Shown: positions 51,726 to 63,464 of the stretch, one piece after another
Position numbering within the stretch: the stretch's first letter is position 1
Layout of the letters: each line of letters opens with the position of its first letter
Source of the DNA: Mobula hypostoma
Lineage: Eukaryota
DNA length: 64,000 nucleotides
Assembly (NCBI RefSeq): GCF_963921235.1
Contig: NC_086109.1
Coordinates: 34,040,001-34,104,000, forward strand
Reading direction: 5' to 3'
Notes under the pieces: generated by a model
Databases searched by the model: none
The model's input: the letters and a program-made list of their open reading frames with translations, nothing else
Told to the model about the DNA's origin: nothing
Program-made: the position numbers and the translations under genes

Positions 51726-52018
51726 GTAAAATTCTGATTATCCAGAAATATTTTAAAAGCTTTACAACTAGAGCATCCTTCAAAGTTAGAGCCATAGCCT
51801 GCAAACTATCATATACTTTTTAAGAGAAATTTCAGAGCAAAACTTCAGTTAGTTACTGCCACTACTCAAGCCTCGTTGTGCCCAGTGATTCAAGCCATCA
51901 AAACTTGCATACAGGCCAAATAAATTCAGATATTAAGATGCATGGGGGGCATGTAGTAACAATATCTAGTTCAAAATTGGTTGTGCTGTTGAAAGTGTTA
52001 AGTAACTGTTCATGGGGG

Positions 52019-54010
52019 TGTTATGTTTTGTAACTTTAAAACATTAAAACCAATTGAAAGCAAAACAGGAGCTGGGAAATAAATGGGTGCACATTGTTTT
52101 TACTTCAGTGAGGTGTGTATGTATAATGTGGTGGTGTAATGACGTATGCCATTGATGTACTTTTACATATAACCCGCAATGCATTATGTAAACAGAGAAT
52201 GCTTAATCAATCAATATTACTGAAATATTAAATAGACAACACTCCTCCTGCTTAGCTACAAACTCCAACTCAATACATAATGTATCTCAGATCATATACA
52301 TACACACACAATATACTATACAACACAACTACCATACGGACATCCACAGTACAGTAAATTTTAAATGGCCCCATTCAGGCCTCATGATTTAATCGCTGTG
52401 AAGGCCTTCTTACTCTTGTGGGATGACGTCTATCCTGACAAGAGGGATCACTCTGCTTGACAGGTGAAACTTAATGGCTGTGAAATAATCTGTTTCTGGG
52501 GCCTCCTCTGCGGTGGTTCTAAGAGTTGACTCTGGGACTGCAAGTGGTTCTGACAGCTCTGGACACCTTTCTTCTGGATATGTTGGCATCCCGAACAGTG
52601 CACGACAAGCTTCACTGAATGAAGTGGATGATAGCTTGCAAGTATAGTGTCGAACATCACCATTTTCTTTAATTTTGAAAGCCACTTCACGCTGCCTTGC
52701 CCATTGCCATTTCTTCCTAATCTGTAGTAATGAGTTCAAGGGGTGAGGCACAGTAGCCAGGTTTGGCAGGAACTTGTTATAGTAATTGACAAATCCTAAA
52801 AACAACCACAACTGAGACACATCCTTTGGCCATCGGGCATCCACCACTGCTTGAATTTTCTCAACACACTTGTGTAATCCTTGTGCAATCCTTGTGCATT
52901 AATGGTGTGGCCAGAGTAACTGATGCTTGATTTAAAGAATTCACACTTCTAGCCTATAATCTGCTAATCTTTTTAATGCTTTCTTGAGAATTTAGAGATG
53001 TTCTTGTTATCCTTGCTGGTAACAATGTCACCCAGGTAACACTGAGTGCCCGTACAGCTCCGCAGCACCTGGTCTATCGCATTCTACCAGATTGCAGGTG
53101 CTACTCCAAAGATAAGCCTATTATAGCAAAAGCCCTGTGTGAGCATTTGTGGTGAGAAACATTTGGACTCTTCTATCTCAATCTGTAGGAAGGACTCAGT
53201 CAAGAACACTTTGCTGAAGTGTTACCTTTCAGAAAGGTTTGCAAGAAATCAGGAATTGATAATGCACAATCTGCTCAATTCAGCCATGTAAACTGAAATG
53301 GATTCCCCTTCTTTTTGATTCCACTTATGAAATCTGAAGCATTCTGCAATTAATAATAGCTTTGGTTCTAAATGTTCCGCCATTACTTTCACAATATCAA
53401 CAAAGATCATTTCGGCAGATTTGGTTAAAGCAGTTAAACTTCTAAGCAAACATTATTCCATTAAACCCAATGCACTTAGCAAAACTGGCAGCCGCTTCTC
53501 ATAGTCTATTTCATTTATTGCTCAATTTGCCCAGTATACCAATGTAGCCAGTCATTTATACTCTTTAAAATTTCCTATCATGCATTAGTTTGAGCCCATG
53601 AATTTGTCCGCTTTCAGGCTTTAAAAAAAAACTTGACAGTCTTTCTCTGGTAAAGAAAAAGGCGCTGTGTTTTTTTTTAAACTCAACCTTTTCTGCAGCG
53701 CTTTTTTAAAAAAAAACTAATGTCTTGCTGTGCTTCAACAGGTAGGTAGTTGACTCGAGTTGATTTAAAACTTCCGGATCGCCACGCACGTTTTGTAACT
53801 CCAAAACAAAAACTAATTGAAAGGAAAACAAGGGAGAGGGAATGTGAGACCAACTTCATTTTAACTTTAAGCAAGGCATGTGTATATGACGTAGTCGTGT
53901 ATGGATGTATGCCATTTATATACTTTTACAAGTAAATTGCAATGCATTATGTACACAAAGACTGCTTTATCAAATAATAAGTTTAAACATTACTGAAATA
54001 TTAAATATAC
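52019..54010 (-). mobile_element. Gypsy/Ty3 LTR retrotransposon, internally deleted and degenerate
   Basis: Diverged LTRs at 52019-52241 (TG...CA) and ~53787-54010. PPT AGCAGGAGGAG adjacent to 52242, PBS-like TGGCGATCCGG at 53774-53784. gag 53249-53449 (HLEPKLLLIAECFRFHKWNQKEGESISVYMAEL) and RT connection 52410-52847 (LFLGFVNYYNKFLPNLA). Confidence 0.85.
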
Positions 54011-54775
54011 CTTGGGAGGAGTGGAGGAGGGAGAAGAGAAGGAATGATAGCAAAGTTTAATGACTCAGAATATCCAAAGCTGCAAACAAACATTCCTTCA
54101 CGGCAATGAACCATGCAGTGACACCCAAGCTGTATGTAATCCACACTGGCCAAAACCAGTTTCTATTCTTACCAGTTCCCTAGCTACATAGTTAACCTAT
54201 TGATCTTGGGTTGTGATTTTCTTACTGCTGGCAACCATAACCACAACATTATCAGGAAGTATTTCACATAGGGGTGGCCAAATATTGTTTGTTTTAAATG
54301 CCATGAAAATCAAAATCAATATACTTATAATCCTTTGTCTTCACATTTCAAAACTTTATATAAATGCTAATTATCCTCTTCCTCAAATAAGCTCTTTGGA
54401 AGCCTTCAACATTGAAAGATAACATAGGTTAGAAATTATGTAGTTCTTGGAAAGATTTACTAATTGTCAATTTGCAATGAGCCAATAAATATATTTTGGA
54501 GAATTCTATCATGGTAAAACTTAATTACATAAGAAACAAAAGTAGTTGCAAACCATTCAGCTCCATCAAGCCTTATCTTCTATTTCTGCACCATTTGCCT
54601 GCAATAACCCAATGATTTCACTAACTAAGAAAATCTATTGACCTTGTTCTTGATTATACCCAGTTTGCTTTGGTTTCTCTGGTTGTATGGGAAGGATTTT
54701 TTTTTCCCCACCCTTGTGTTGACTGGCTCACTCATTTTTGAGACCATGACCACAGCCCTTGAAATCTCAAGCCTG

Positions 54776-55583
54776 TGATAATTCTCTATTTTCCAAAAAA
54801 AAACAACAAACATTTAGACTAGGGTGCTTACGTTAGCAATATTACTGTGTTGATGAGAAGAGCAATATAAATCATTAGGAGAGTCATCTAAAGTCTGCTC
54901 GCATTGGGGTTATATATTCAATCCATTTATTCCAGATTTGATAAAATGTTTCTTTTTGAGTTCTCAGGGAGTAGGTCAACTTTTCCATTTTAAATATTTC
55001 CAAGATAATTTCGTACCAATCTTCTAATGTAGGTGGTATTGGATTTAGCCATTTTCTAGTGATTGATTTCTTACTTGCCGCTAAGAGGGCCTGCAGCAAC
55101 TTTTTATATCTTCCTTCTGTTCAAGGAACAATACATGCCCACAAGTAAAGGGAAAGATTTGGGAAAGGGATAAAAAAAAATGAAAAAATTAAGTAATTAA
55201 GTACATAGGGATTGGATAATTATGTCTGCGGGCAGGAACAAGCACGAACAAATTGGGATATAAACACCTACAATGGTTGGTATATAGGCTTGTATGCAAC
55301 ATTTTGGACCAGTGGAAATGGTCCAGAAGGGTTGTATGGAAACTATTATTACCATTTTTCTTAACAACTAATTTCATTACTTAGCCTAATAGGTTAGATT
55401 TACCACAGTACATAATTATCTATTTAAATGTTTATTTTGCTTTTATGTCATCTCAATGTGTACTTAATGTATAAATAATTGTAGTTTTATACATATAAAA
55501 AAATGGAAAAGGTTATATGTGTGAAAAAAGTACATGATAATTGTGAACTCCTTGTCCAAATAAAAATAAAATTAAAAAAAAAA
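54776..55583 (+). mobile_element. L1 insertion with 5' inversion (ORF2 C-terminus on minus, distal 3' UTR and poly(A) on plus)
   Basis: Perfect 15-bp TSD GAAATCTCAAGCCTG (54761-54775 and 55584-55598). ORF 54884-55099 (LLAASKKSITRKW...MEKLTYSLR...IWNKWIEY) is on minus, while AATAAA and the A tail end at 55583 on plus. Confidence 0.88.
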
Positions 55584-55772
55584 GAAATCTCAAGCCTGGT
55601 GAAATGTCAACATTGTATCTACCATCAAGCACTTTAAAGAAAAATCTTTCAATAAGATCATATCCAAATGCTAATAAAATAATACAGGTGTCCCCCGCTT
55701 TTTGAACTTTCGCTTTACAAAACCTCACTGTTACGAAAGACCTACATTAGTACCCTGTTTTTGCTTTCAGAA

Positions 55773-55868
55773 CAACATACATCAAAGTTGCTGGTGAACG
55801 CAGCAGGCCAGGCAGCATCTATAGGAAGAGGTGCAGTCGACGTTTCAGGCCGAGACCCTTCGTCAGGA
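55773..55868 (-). mobile_element. Short Penelope-derived hammerhead-bearing element nested in the Tigger
   Basis: Perfect 13-bp TSD TTTGCTTTCAGAA (55760-55772 and 55869-55881). Hammerhead core CTGACGA-AGG-gtctcgg-CCT-GAAACGTC-GACT at 55835-55866; stem I partly lost. Confidence 0.88.
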
Positions 55869-56555
55869 TTTGCTTTCAGAAGGTGTTTTCACTGTTATGA
55901 AAAAAAAAGCAGCGCGCGATAAAAGGCAGCACGCGCCCTGAGCAGCCGCTCTCCCCCGGATTCGGAACTGCATTCTCGCCGGCATTGCTTAAACACGTGC
56001 CTGTGAGCAGCCGTTAGCAAGATGAGTTCTATGGTATCGGAAAAGCCTAAAAGAGCTCGTAAGGGTGTTACGCTTAGTGTAAAACTAGACATAATTAAGC
56101 ATTTCAATCGTGATGAACGAAGTAAGGACAAAGTGAATTTGGCTTGTGGAAGCTGACAAACATGATGTTGAGGAGGTTTTGGCATCCCATGACCAAGATC
56201 TGATAGATGAAGAGCTGATGCAATTGGAAGAAAAGGATAACAATCAAAACCGAATGCAGTAGCGAACTGAACGTGAAGCAACTGCGTGAGATTTTTGCTG
56301 CAATGATAAAGTACGACTTTAATTTTGAAAGGGTACGTAGGTTTAGGGGATATTTGCAAGATGGTTTGAGTCCTTACAAAGAACCATGTGATAGAAAAAT
56401 GCGCGAGGCTCAGCAGTGAAGCAAGCCTTCCACATCAGCCACAGCAGACAACAAACCTCGACCTTTGACATCGAGGTGGGCAGAGATAGAAGATGACCTG
56501 CCTGCCCTAATGGAAACAGACGATGAGGAGATGACACCCCAGTGTCCCACCACCC

Positions 56556-56878
56556 CAACCCCCAGGCCACGGACAGATACCGATTCGCGGAGAATGCGGC
56601 GGTGCACACAGCACATCTTTAAGAAAAAAGCCTAAATAAACATACTAATTAATAAGGTGCCGCCTGACACTTAATCGTCGGCCCAGGTCAGAGACGACGC
56701 AATCGGAAATCGGCACTGATCTGGGCCAACAATTACGTGCCAGGCAGCACCTAAGTAATTAACATGTTTGTTTCGGCTTTTTTCTTAAAGATGTGCTGTG
56801 TGCGTCCCGGCTACTGCTGGACACCTGCATGCTTCGCGGATCGGTATTGGTTGGTGGCCCGGAGGGTGGGGGCCACTG
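56556..56878. mobile_element. Palindromic hAT-type MITE nested in the Tigger
   Basis: ~88-bp inverted arms at 56604-56691 and 56716-56803 plus outer pairing. Right end ...GGGGGCCACTG, left TIR clipped. 8-bp TSD CACCACCC (56548-56555 and 56879-56886). Confidence 0.75.
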
Positions 56879-58399
56879 CACCACCCAACCTGCGACGACT
56901 CAGCCTAACACACCATCATCAATGTGCTCGGCGCTGAACCAATTCCGGTATGTGATACTACACTGTACATACATTATTTCTACTTTATATAGGCTGTGTA
57001 TTTTTACGTGTTATTTGGTATGATTTGGCAGCTTCATAGCTTAAAGGTTACTGGACAGCGCTTGTGCTGTGTTTTTGCCAACAGCGCTTGCGTAAGATTT
57101 TCTGCCGACGGCGCTTGCATGAGATTTTTGCTATGGAGAACAGTGCAGTAATGATTGTGGAAAAGTATTTCTACTTTATATAGGCTGTGTATTTATCATA
57201 TCATTCCTGCTTTTACTATATGTTACTGTTATTTTACGTTTTATGTGTTACTTGGCATAATTTGGTAGGTTATTTTTGGGTCTGCGAATGCTCACAAAAT
57301 TTTCCCATATAAATAAATGATAATTGCTTCTTCACTTTACGACATTTTGGCTTACGAACCATTTCAAAGGAACGCTCTACCTTTGGATGGCGGGGGAAAC
57401 CTGTAAATCTAAGCTCTTCAATGTTTTCCACGAGTGGATGACCTCCTATTGCACAACTTTGCCCATTCACCTACTTATCCGCAATTCCCTGATGTCTATC
57501 TGCATCCTGCACACGATAGCAAACTTGAATCCTTTATCCAAATATCAAACATTTGTTGCCCCAGTGTTAATTCTTACTAATCTAGTCTAATTACAGCCTC
57601 ATAACCTAAAAACAACTCACTTTTTATCCTAACCTCTATTTTCTATCCACTAACCAATCTTCAGTACATGCTGGTATATTACTCCAATGCTATAATTTTG
57701 TTTAATAATTAAAGTGAAAAGGCCACACTCAAAAGAGTATATTCAAAGCACTCCCAATGCCTCTCTCCTATTTGATACACCACTAAACGAATGGAGGAAA
57801 ACAAGAAAGTTAGTGAATCACGGAAGCAGTGAATATTTTGAATGGGGGGTGGGGAAGCATACAGTAGAGGAAAAAGAATGAGGGCCTGAAGGAAGTAATG
57901 CACCAAGATGCATTCAATTCCAATCATTAAACTCCAAGTCCACCTTAAGTTATGCCAAAACATGCTGCAAAGATTAACTTTTGCATGAGTAGTCTGCAAT
58001 GCCTGTAGGTTGATCATCCAAAGATATTATTGTCAGTGGTGTCCAAATGTGCATTGCACACCAGGGATGCTACTGAACGGTCAAGCACTACTCAATTTTC
58101 ATACTTATGGACAATTGAGTTCAGGAGAACCTCAGCTAAAAGTGTAAGAGGCAAGAAATGGAAATATCTTGTCAAGGTAGTTTTAGACTTACCAGAAAGT
58201 CTAAAATTGACAGCTAAAACTGCATTTACAGATGCAAGGCCTTAAAGAAACAGCAAAAGCAAAATACCGTAAAGGCCAGAAATACGAAATACAGATTGCT
58301 GGAAGTACTCCGGAAGTAGGGCAGAATTTGAGGAGACCAAGAACTAAAATTTTAGGTTGACAACCCTTCATCATGAGGGTAGCACATTATGAGGAAGCC

Positions 58400-59620
58400 C
58401 GAGAAAGTCTGGACAGCAAAGATGCATACATCAGGAAGCCCTTTATTGATTACAGCTCAGCATTCAATACTATCATGCCTCAAAACTAATCAATAAGCTT
58501 GAAGATCTTGGCCTCGATACCTATTTATGCAATTGGATCATTGATTTCCTTATTTGCAGACCCCAGACAGTTTGGATTGGCTAGAACATCCTCTCATCTC
58601 CCCCCCTCCTAGCTCCTTGCTCTACTCACTTTACACTTACGACTTTGTGGCTAGGCACAGCTCCAATGCCATATCCAAGTTTGCTGAAGACACCACTGTC
58701 GTAGGCTGATTCAAAAGTGGTGATGAATCAGCATATAGGAGGGAGATTGAAAATCTGGCTGAGTGATACCATAACAACAACCTCTTACTCAGTGTCAGCA
58801 AGACCGAAGAGCTGATTATTGACTTCAGCAGGAAGTTAGAGGTCCATGAACCAGACCTTATCGGGACATCAGAGGTGGAGAGGGTCAGCAATTTAAAATT
58901 CCTCTGTGTTACTTCAGAGGACCTGTCCTGGACCCAGCACGCAAGTGCAATTACAAAGAAAGTATGGCAGCGACTACTTCCTTAGGAGCTTGCAATTATT
59001 CAGCATGACATCTTAAACTTAGACAAACTTCTATAGATGTGTGGTGGAAAGTATATTGACTGGCTGCATCACAGTCTGGTATGATGACACTAATGCCCTT
59101 AAACAGAAAATCTTATAAAAAGTAGTGGATATGGCCCAGTCTATCACAGGTAAAGCACTCCCCACCATTGAGCACATTTACACAGAGCGTAGTCGCAGGA
59201 AAGCAGCATCTATCAAATGGCTCCCCCCATCACCCAGACGAGATCTCTTCTCAGGTACAGGAGCCTTGGGACTCACCACCAGGTTCGGGGACAGTTATCA
59301 CCCCTCAACCATCAGGCTCTTGAACCAAAATGGACAACTCCACACACTTTCATTTGCCCCATCACAGAAATGTTTCCACAATCTATAGACTCACTTTCAA
59401 AGACTCTTCATCTCATGTTCTCGATATTTATTATTAGTATTACTTCTTTAAGTATTTGCATAGTTTGTTGTCTTTTGCAGTGTGCCCAGTCGGTGCAGTC
59501 TTTCACTGATTCTATTATGGTTATTAGATTTATTGAGTATGCTTATAAGAAAATGAACTTCAGGGTTGAATATGGTGATGCATGTACGTTTGTACGCTGA
59601 CATTAAATCTACTTTGAACA
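58400..59620 (+). mobile_element. Degenerate Rex1/Babar-type LINE
   Basis: [11 protein letters not shown] (~58442), KFAEDTTVVG (~58677), SKTEELIIDF and ORF 59125-59388 (AQSITGKALPTIEHIY). Tail ATTAAATCTACTTTGAAC. Confidence 0.8.
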
Positions 59621-60599
59621 TTCGGTAAATATTCCATTAATTAAATTAGAAAGGGCTTAATCAATGCTGGTATATTTTCTGCTGAAATAATATTTTTATG
59701 CTACACATTAAGAAATGATATACAAAGTCAAGATAAATTATGTAAATTATTGAAAATGGAAAATGATCACTTCAAGTCTTTAAACTTGAAGAATCCATGA
59801 GCTTACGTAAATATTGCACGTAACTAAACACTTGCTGAATGATGTAATAATATGGTTTGGTACCCTGACATGAAAATGTCCCAACTTTACTCAAAAGATT
59901 GACAACCAGATGCAGACTTTTGAATAATCAAGTACGTGTCTGAACCAAAGTCAGGGTGGTTAACTGTTCCAAACAGCAATAACCAGCAAGTGACACACAA
60001 ACATTATGGTGATGACCTAAAAGAGTCTGTTGTACACATTTGTGATCATGCTTAACTAACAAGAACTGGTTCCCAAAGAGGAAACATGAAAGTTAAGGTA
60101 ATCAAACAGTCTAAACTGGACTGCGCTAAAACAACCATGGTGTGCAAGTTATCTACATAAACTACGGTGAAGCGAGTTTTAAACTTGCTTCTAGAAGACC
60201 TATTCTTTGTTAATCAAAACTCTTATGACTTATGGTTTACAGTACCAGAGAATGAAAAGTGCATAAGAGTATTTGCCTGATATTAAATACTGGGTTTGTG
60301 CTATGATGACTGCTGTTAATTTATCAGTTCCTCATTAGGTGGAGGCAGTCCAGAGTACATTTCAGCAATGAAAATGCTGAACTGGCAAATTAACCCATAC
60401 ACACAATGCTGGACTTCACCATATTCAGCTATGTCACAATCTGAACTTTTGTTCAGGATGCCGACAACACCACAAAAATGTAACCATGAGAAAAATAAAA
60501 GTTAAACCTTCATAAAACCAAAACAATTCAGAGAATTTAGAAATTATGGGTAATTAGAAGCTGGATATTTCAATGATTATGCCATTCTTGGGATTAAAC

Positions 60600-60860
60600 C
60601 CACAGTGTCATGGCAGTTAGCATGGCAGCTCGGGGCTCTGGAGCTCAATTCTTGCACCGTCTATGGAGGGTTTGAACGTTCTCCCTGTGAACAATGTGGG
60701 TTTCCTTTGGGTGCTCTGGGTTCCTCCCACTGTCCAAAGACAAACCGGTTAGTTGGTTAAAAGGTCATTGCACATTGTTCTGTGATTAGGCTAGTGTTAA
60801 ATAGGTGGGTTGCTGGGTGGTGTGGCTCGTTGGGCCAGACACTGTATCTCCAAATAAATA
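60600..60860 (+). mobile_element. V-SINE/HE1-like SINE
   Basis: Decayed tRNA-like head, core GTTTGAACGTTCTCCCTGTG...GGGTTTCCTTTGGGTGCTCTGGGTTCCTCCCACTGTCCAAAGAC, and tail CTGTATCTCCAAATAAATA. Confidence 0.7.
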
Positions 60861-61234
60861 TACAAACATTTGAAGCTTAAAACAGCTAGAATAATGCAAG
60901 ACACTGCATTTATAATGAAGGGGTGAGGAAGCTTCAACTTGAAATTATTCTAGCTCAGATTACATTAGAGCTGAGAAACATAGCTGCAAATCAGATTTCA
61001 AATATGATCAAGTATTATGCAACAAAGCCAAAAAGAATATAAAGAAAGGAATTTTTTTACATTTCATCTAAAATTACACAAAATAATTTCATGTGATTTC
61101 AATTTTAACGTTGGTCTGACAAAACTGGCTAGCACAGTTTATTAATCATCCAACATAAATCAGACGAATAAATCATTAAAAATAAGTTCAAATTGTAGTT
61201 AAGAACACAGATCAAATGAGGGTTCTGTACATAC

Positions 61235-61345
61235 TTCCTCACAGACTTCTCGGACAGCTGCCACACTTGGTTCCTCGTCAGGTTCCATGCCACCGCCTGG
61301 CACAATCCACTTGTCAGGATGACGACTGCTGCTGACCAACAGAAC
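61235..61345 (-). CDS. NUDT3: NUDT3 (DIPP1) coding exon 2, 111 bp
   Basis: Manual translation gives VLLVSSSRHPDKWIVPGGGMEPDEEPSVAAVREVCEE, containing most of the Nudix box. Acceptor ttttatcctag, donor gtatgt. The RHPD, PSVAA and VCEE residues match NUDT3 rather than NUDT4 (RYPD, PGGAA, VYEE). Confidence 0.96.
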
Positions 61346-63250
61346 CTAGGATAAAAGAGTATTTATTTAACTTAGGAAAAGGGCACTTGTTGCTTCCTTG
61401 CATCATCTTCAAATGCTTTTAAAATGCATTAGATATGGCCCTGTGACCACCATTTTCAAAATATTTAGCAGACCCTGAAATTAGAACTTTAAAAAAAAGT
61501 CTCAAAGGCCATTATTTTATTTTTCCTAAGAAATTTATGAATTATCTAACCATAAATAATGATGCTTAAGTTTTATATCCTCTAGAGAACCCTGCATAAA
61601 TTAAATATAGAATTGAATCAATTTAATGTGGAACATTCTTATAACTGGATATAGTTTGAACACCGAGGTTCTTTTCCACTGATGCCATGCAATTCAGTTA
61701 TTATCCACATCAATAATGCAAACTATTAACTGTAAGCAAAGTCAATTTTTTTCGGGTGAATTTATTGTAAATATGAATAATAGCTACTGTAGTATTAACA
61801 GAACCCACTTGACCATTTATGCCTGATAGAGGTAGATTCAAAAGTTTCGATGTCTGCTCGATTTCAGTTTTCTAATATTTTTGTAATGTAGCAATCATAA
61901 TATTTATATATGACTATTGAAAAAACATTTTTAGCTTGAAAGCAAAAATAATCTAATCCACACATTATAATTTCATATAAATTGCAATGAAGGAACACTA
62001 AGATTTATTGAGTAGCTATTTTAACTATCAACTCACAATAAAATTGTTTGCATATCATTAAAATATCCACAGAAATGATGGAAGTCACTTCACTGTTTAC
62101 AGGTTTCTACCTCAGTGCTTTTTAGTAAAGATTCTACATTCTATCAGCCTGCACATTCTCTTCAAAATCACACACTGCCCTGACTTGAAAATATGTAACT
62201 GTTCCTTCACAGTTACTGGGTCATAATCCTAGCCCACCATCAAATAGCATTGTGGAAATGGCTTCACCAAGCAGATATTTGGAACTCTATTTCTGCTTCT
62301 CTATTTAACAACAGGTTTGATTTAAAAAAAACAAATTTACTATACATTTAGGCAATTAACTCATTAACAATCAATTGTCACAATTTCAGGAATTCCCTGC
62401 TGTCACTAGGATCAAGCTAGGAACATAGTCAATAGAAAACCAGACATTAAATATGCATTAAACTATCTTGTTATTTCTGTAGGTTACATTATTAACATTG
62501 CCAACAACCAACACCACACATGCATGGCTCTAAGGAGGCAAATGCTGTGTTGAGTGATTCACTTCTCAAAACGTTTTCACAGCGTTCACAAAGCACAGGA
62601 ACATTAATTTTAAAAAATTTAAAATTCTTTGATAACTGCAATAATTCAGTACTCCATTTTTTAAAAAAAAGTCACTATGTCAATTAATAGCTGAGCTTAA
62701 TCATACCCACAATTAAACACTGCAACATCTGTACTATCAATGGATTTAATACTAAATCACACTTTCCGATACTACCTTTGCCACGTTGGGGCTGGGATAC
62801 TACTCAAAATAACTTTTGTGGATTGCTCTACCCTCAAGCCATTACTATTTCTGCTTTGCTAACACAACTGATTATCATCCTTACAAACAGCGATTTTAGG
62901 ACAATACATCCTGCCATTGAGAGAGAGAGACCTGTAGGTGGGAGTGCTTTGATGTATTATCTTACCATCAAGTTACTTTCTTATAAATTCATTCGCATTT
63001 AAATAGCCAATCCTAATCCATTAGCAAATGAAAATATACCTTGTAATTCTCAGACAAGACTGCATGAAAAAAGTTGGAAACTTGCAATTCATATCATATT
63101 GATCTTTCAAACTGTCTTGATTTCAAGAATATGGTACTTCAAATTACATATTCAAAGAAGATCCAAATAGAGCAGGACTGAACAATGCCATCCATTCAGA
63201 TAATGTGCAAATATATGCTTTAATTGGAAAAGAAAAGGTACACAAGGAAA

Positions 63251-63390
63251 CAACAGGAATTCTGCAGATGCTGGAAATTCAAGCGACACACATCAAAGTT
63301 GCTGGTGAACGCAGCAGGCCAGGCAGCATCTCTAGGAAGAGGTACAGTCGACGTTTCAGGCCGAGACCTGAACTTCGATGTGTGTTGCCT
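63251..63390 (-). mobile_element. Short Penelope-derived element with a small inverted terminal segment (NUDT3 intron 1)
   Basis: Same family as 11027-11132, broken inside the hammerhead at 63368. Inverted piece AACTTCGATGTGTGTTGC at 63371-63388. 13-bp TSD GTACACAA(G/A)GAAA (63238-63250 and 63391-63403). Confidence 0.82.
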
Positions 63391-63464
63391 GTACACAAAG
63401 AAATCTTGATCTGCACTATTATGTATCTAATTAATTCCAGATCTGTTTCTTTCATTTGCTAGTA

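Larger units (their letters stand above)
55685..57403 (+). mobile_element. Tigger/pogo-type non-autonomous DNA transposon with nested insertions
   Basis: TA-flanked TIRs CAGGTGTCCCCCGC and GCGGGGGAAACCTG. CENP-B-like N-terminus from ~56022 (MSSMVSEKPKRARKGVTLSVKLDIIKHF) and an acidic C-terminal remnant. Confidence 0.85.

Noticed and set aside
19108..61345. Calling the gene NUDT4, NUDT10 or NUDT11
   Set aside because: Diagnostic residues (RHPD, PSVAA, VCEE, GTLGRLVGIFE, VQASYFET, NNGTPVVAT) match NUDT3.
11027..63390. Recurrent CATCAAAGTTGCTGGTGAACGCAGCAGGCC repeats as a CRISPR array or coding exons
   Set aside because: Dispersed in both orientations, TSD-flanked, with no spacers or cas genes in eukaryotic DNA. 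The short ORFs over them are repeat translations.
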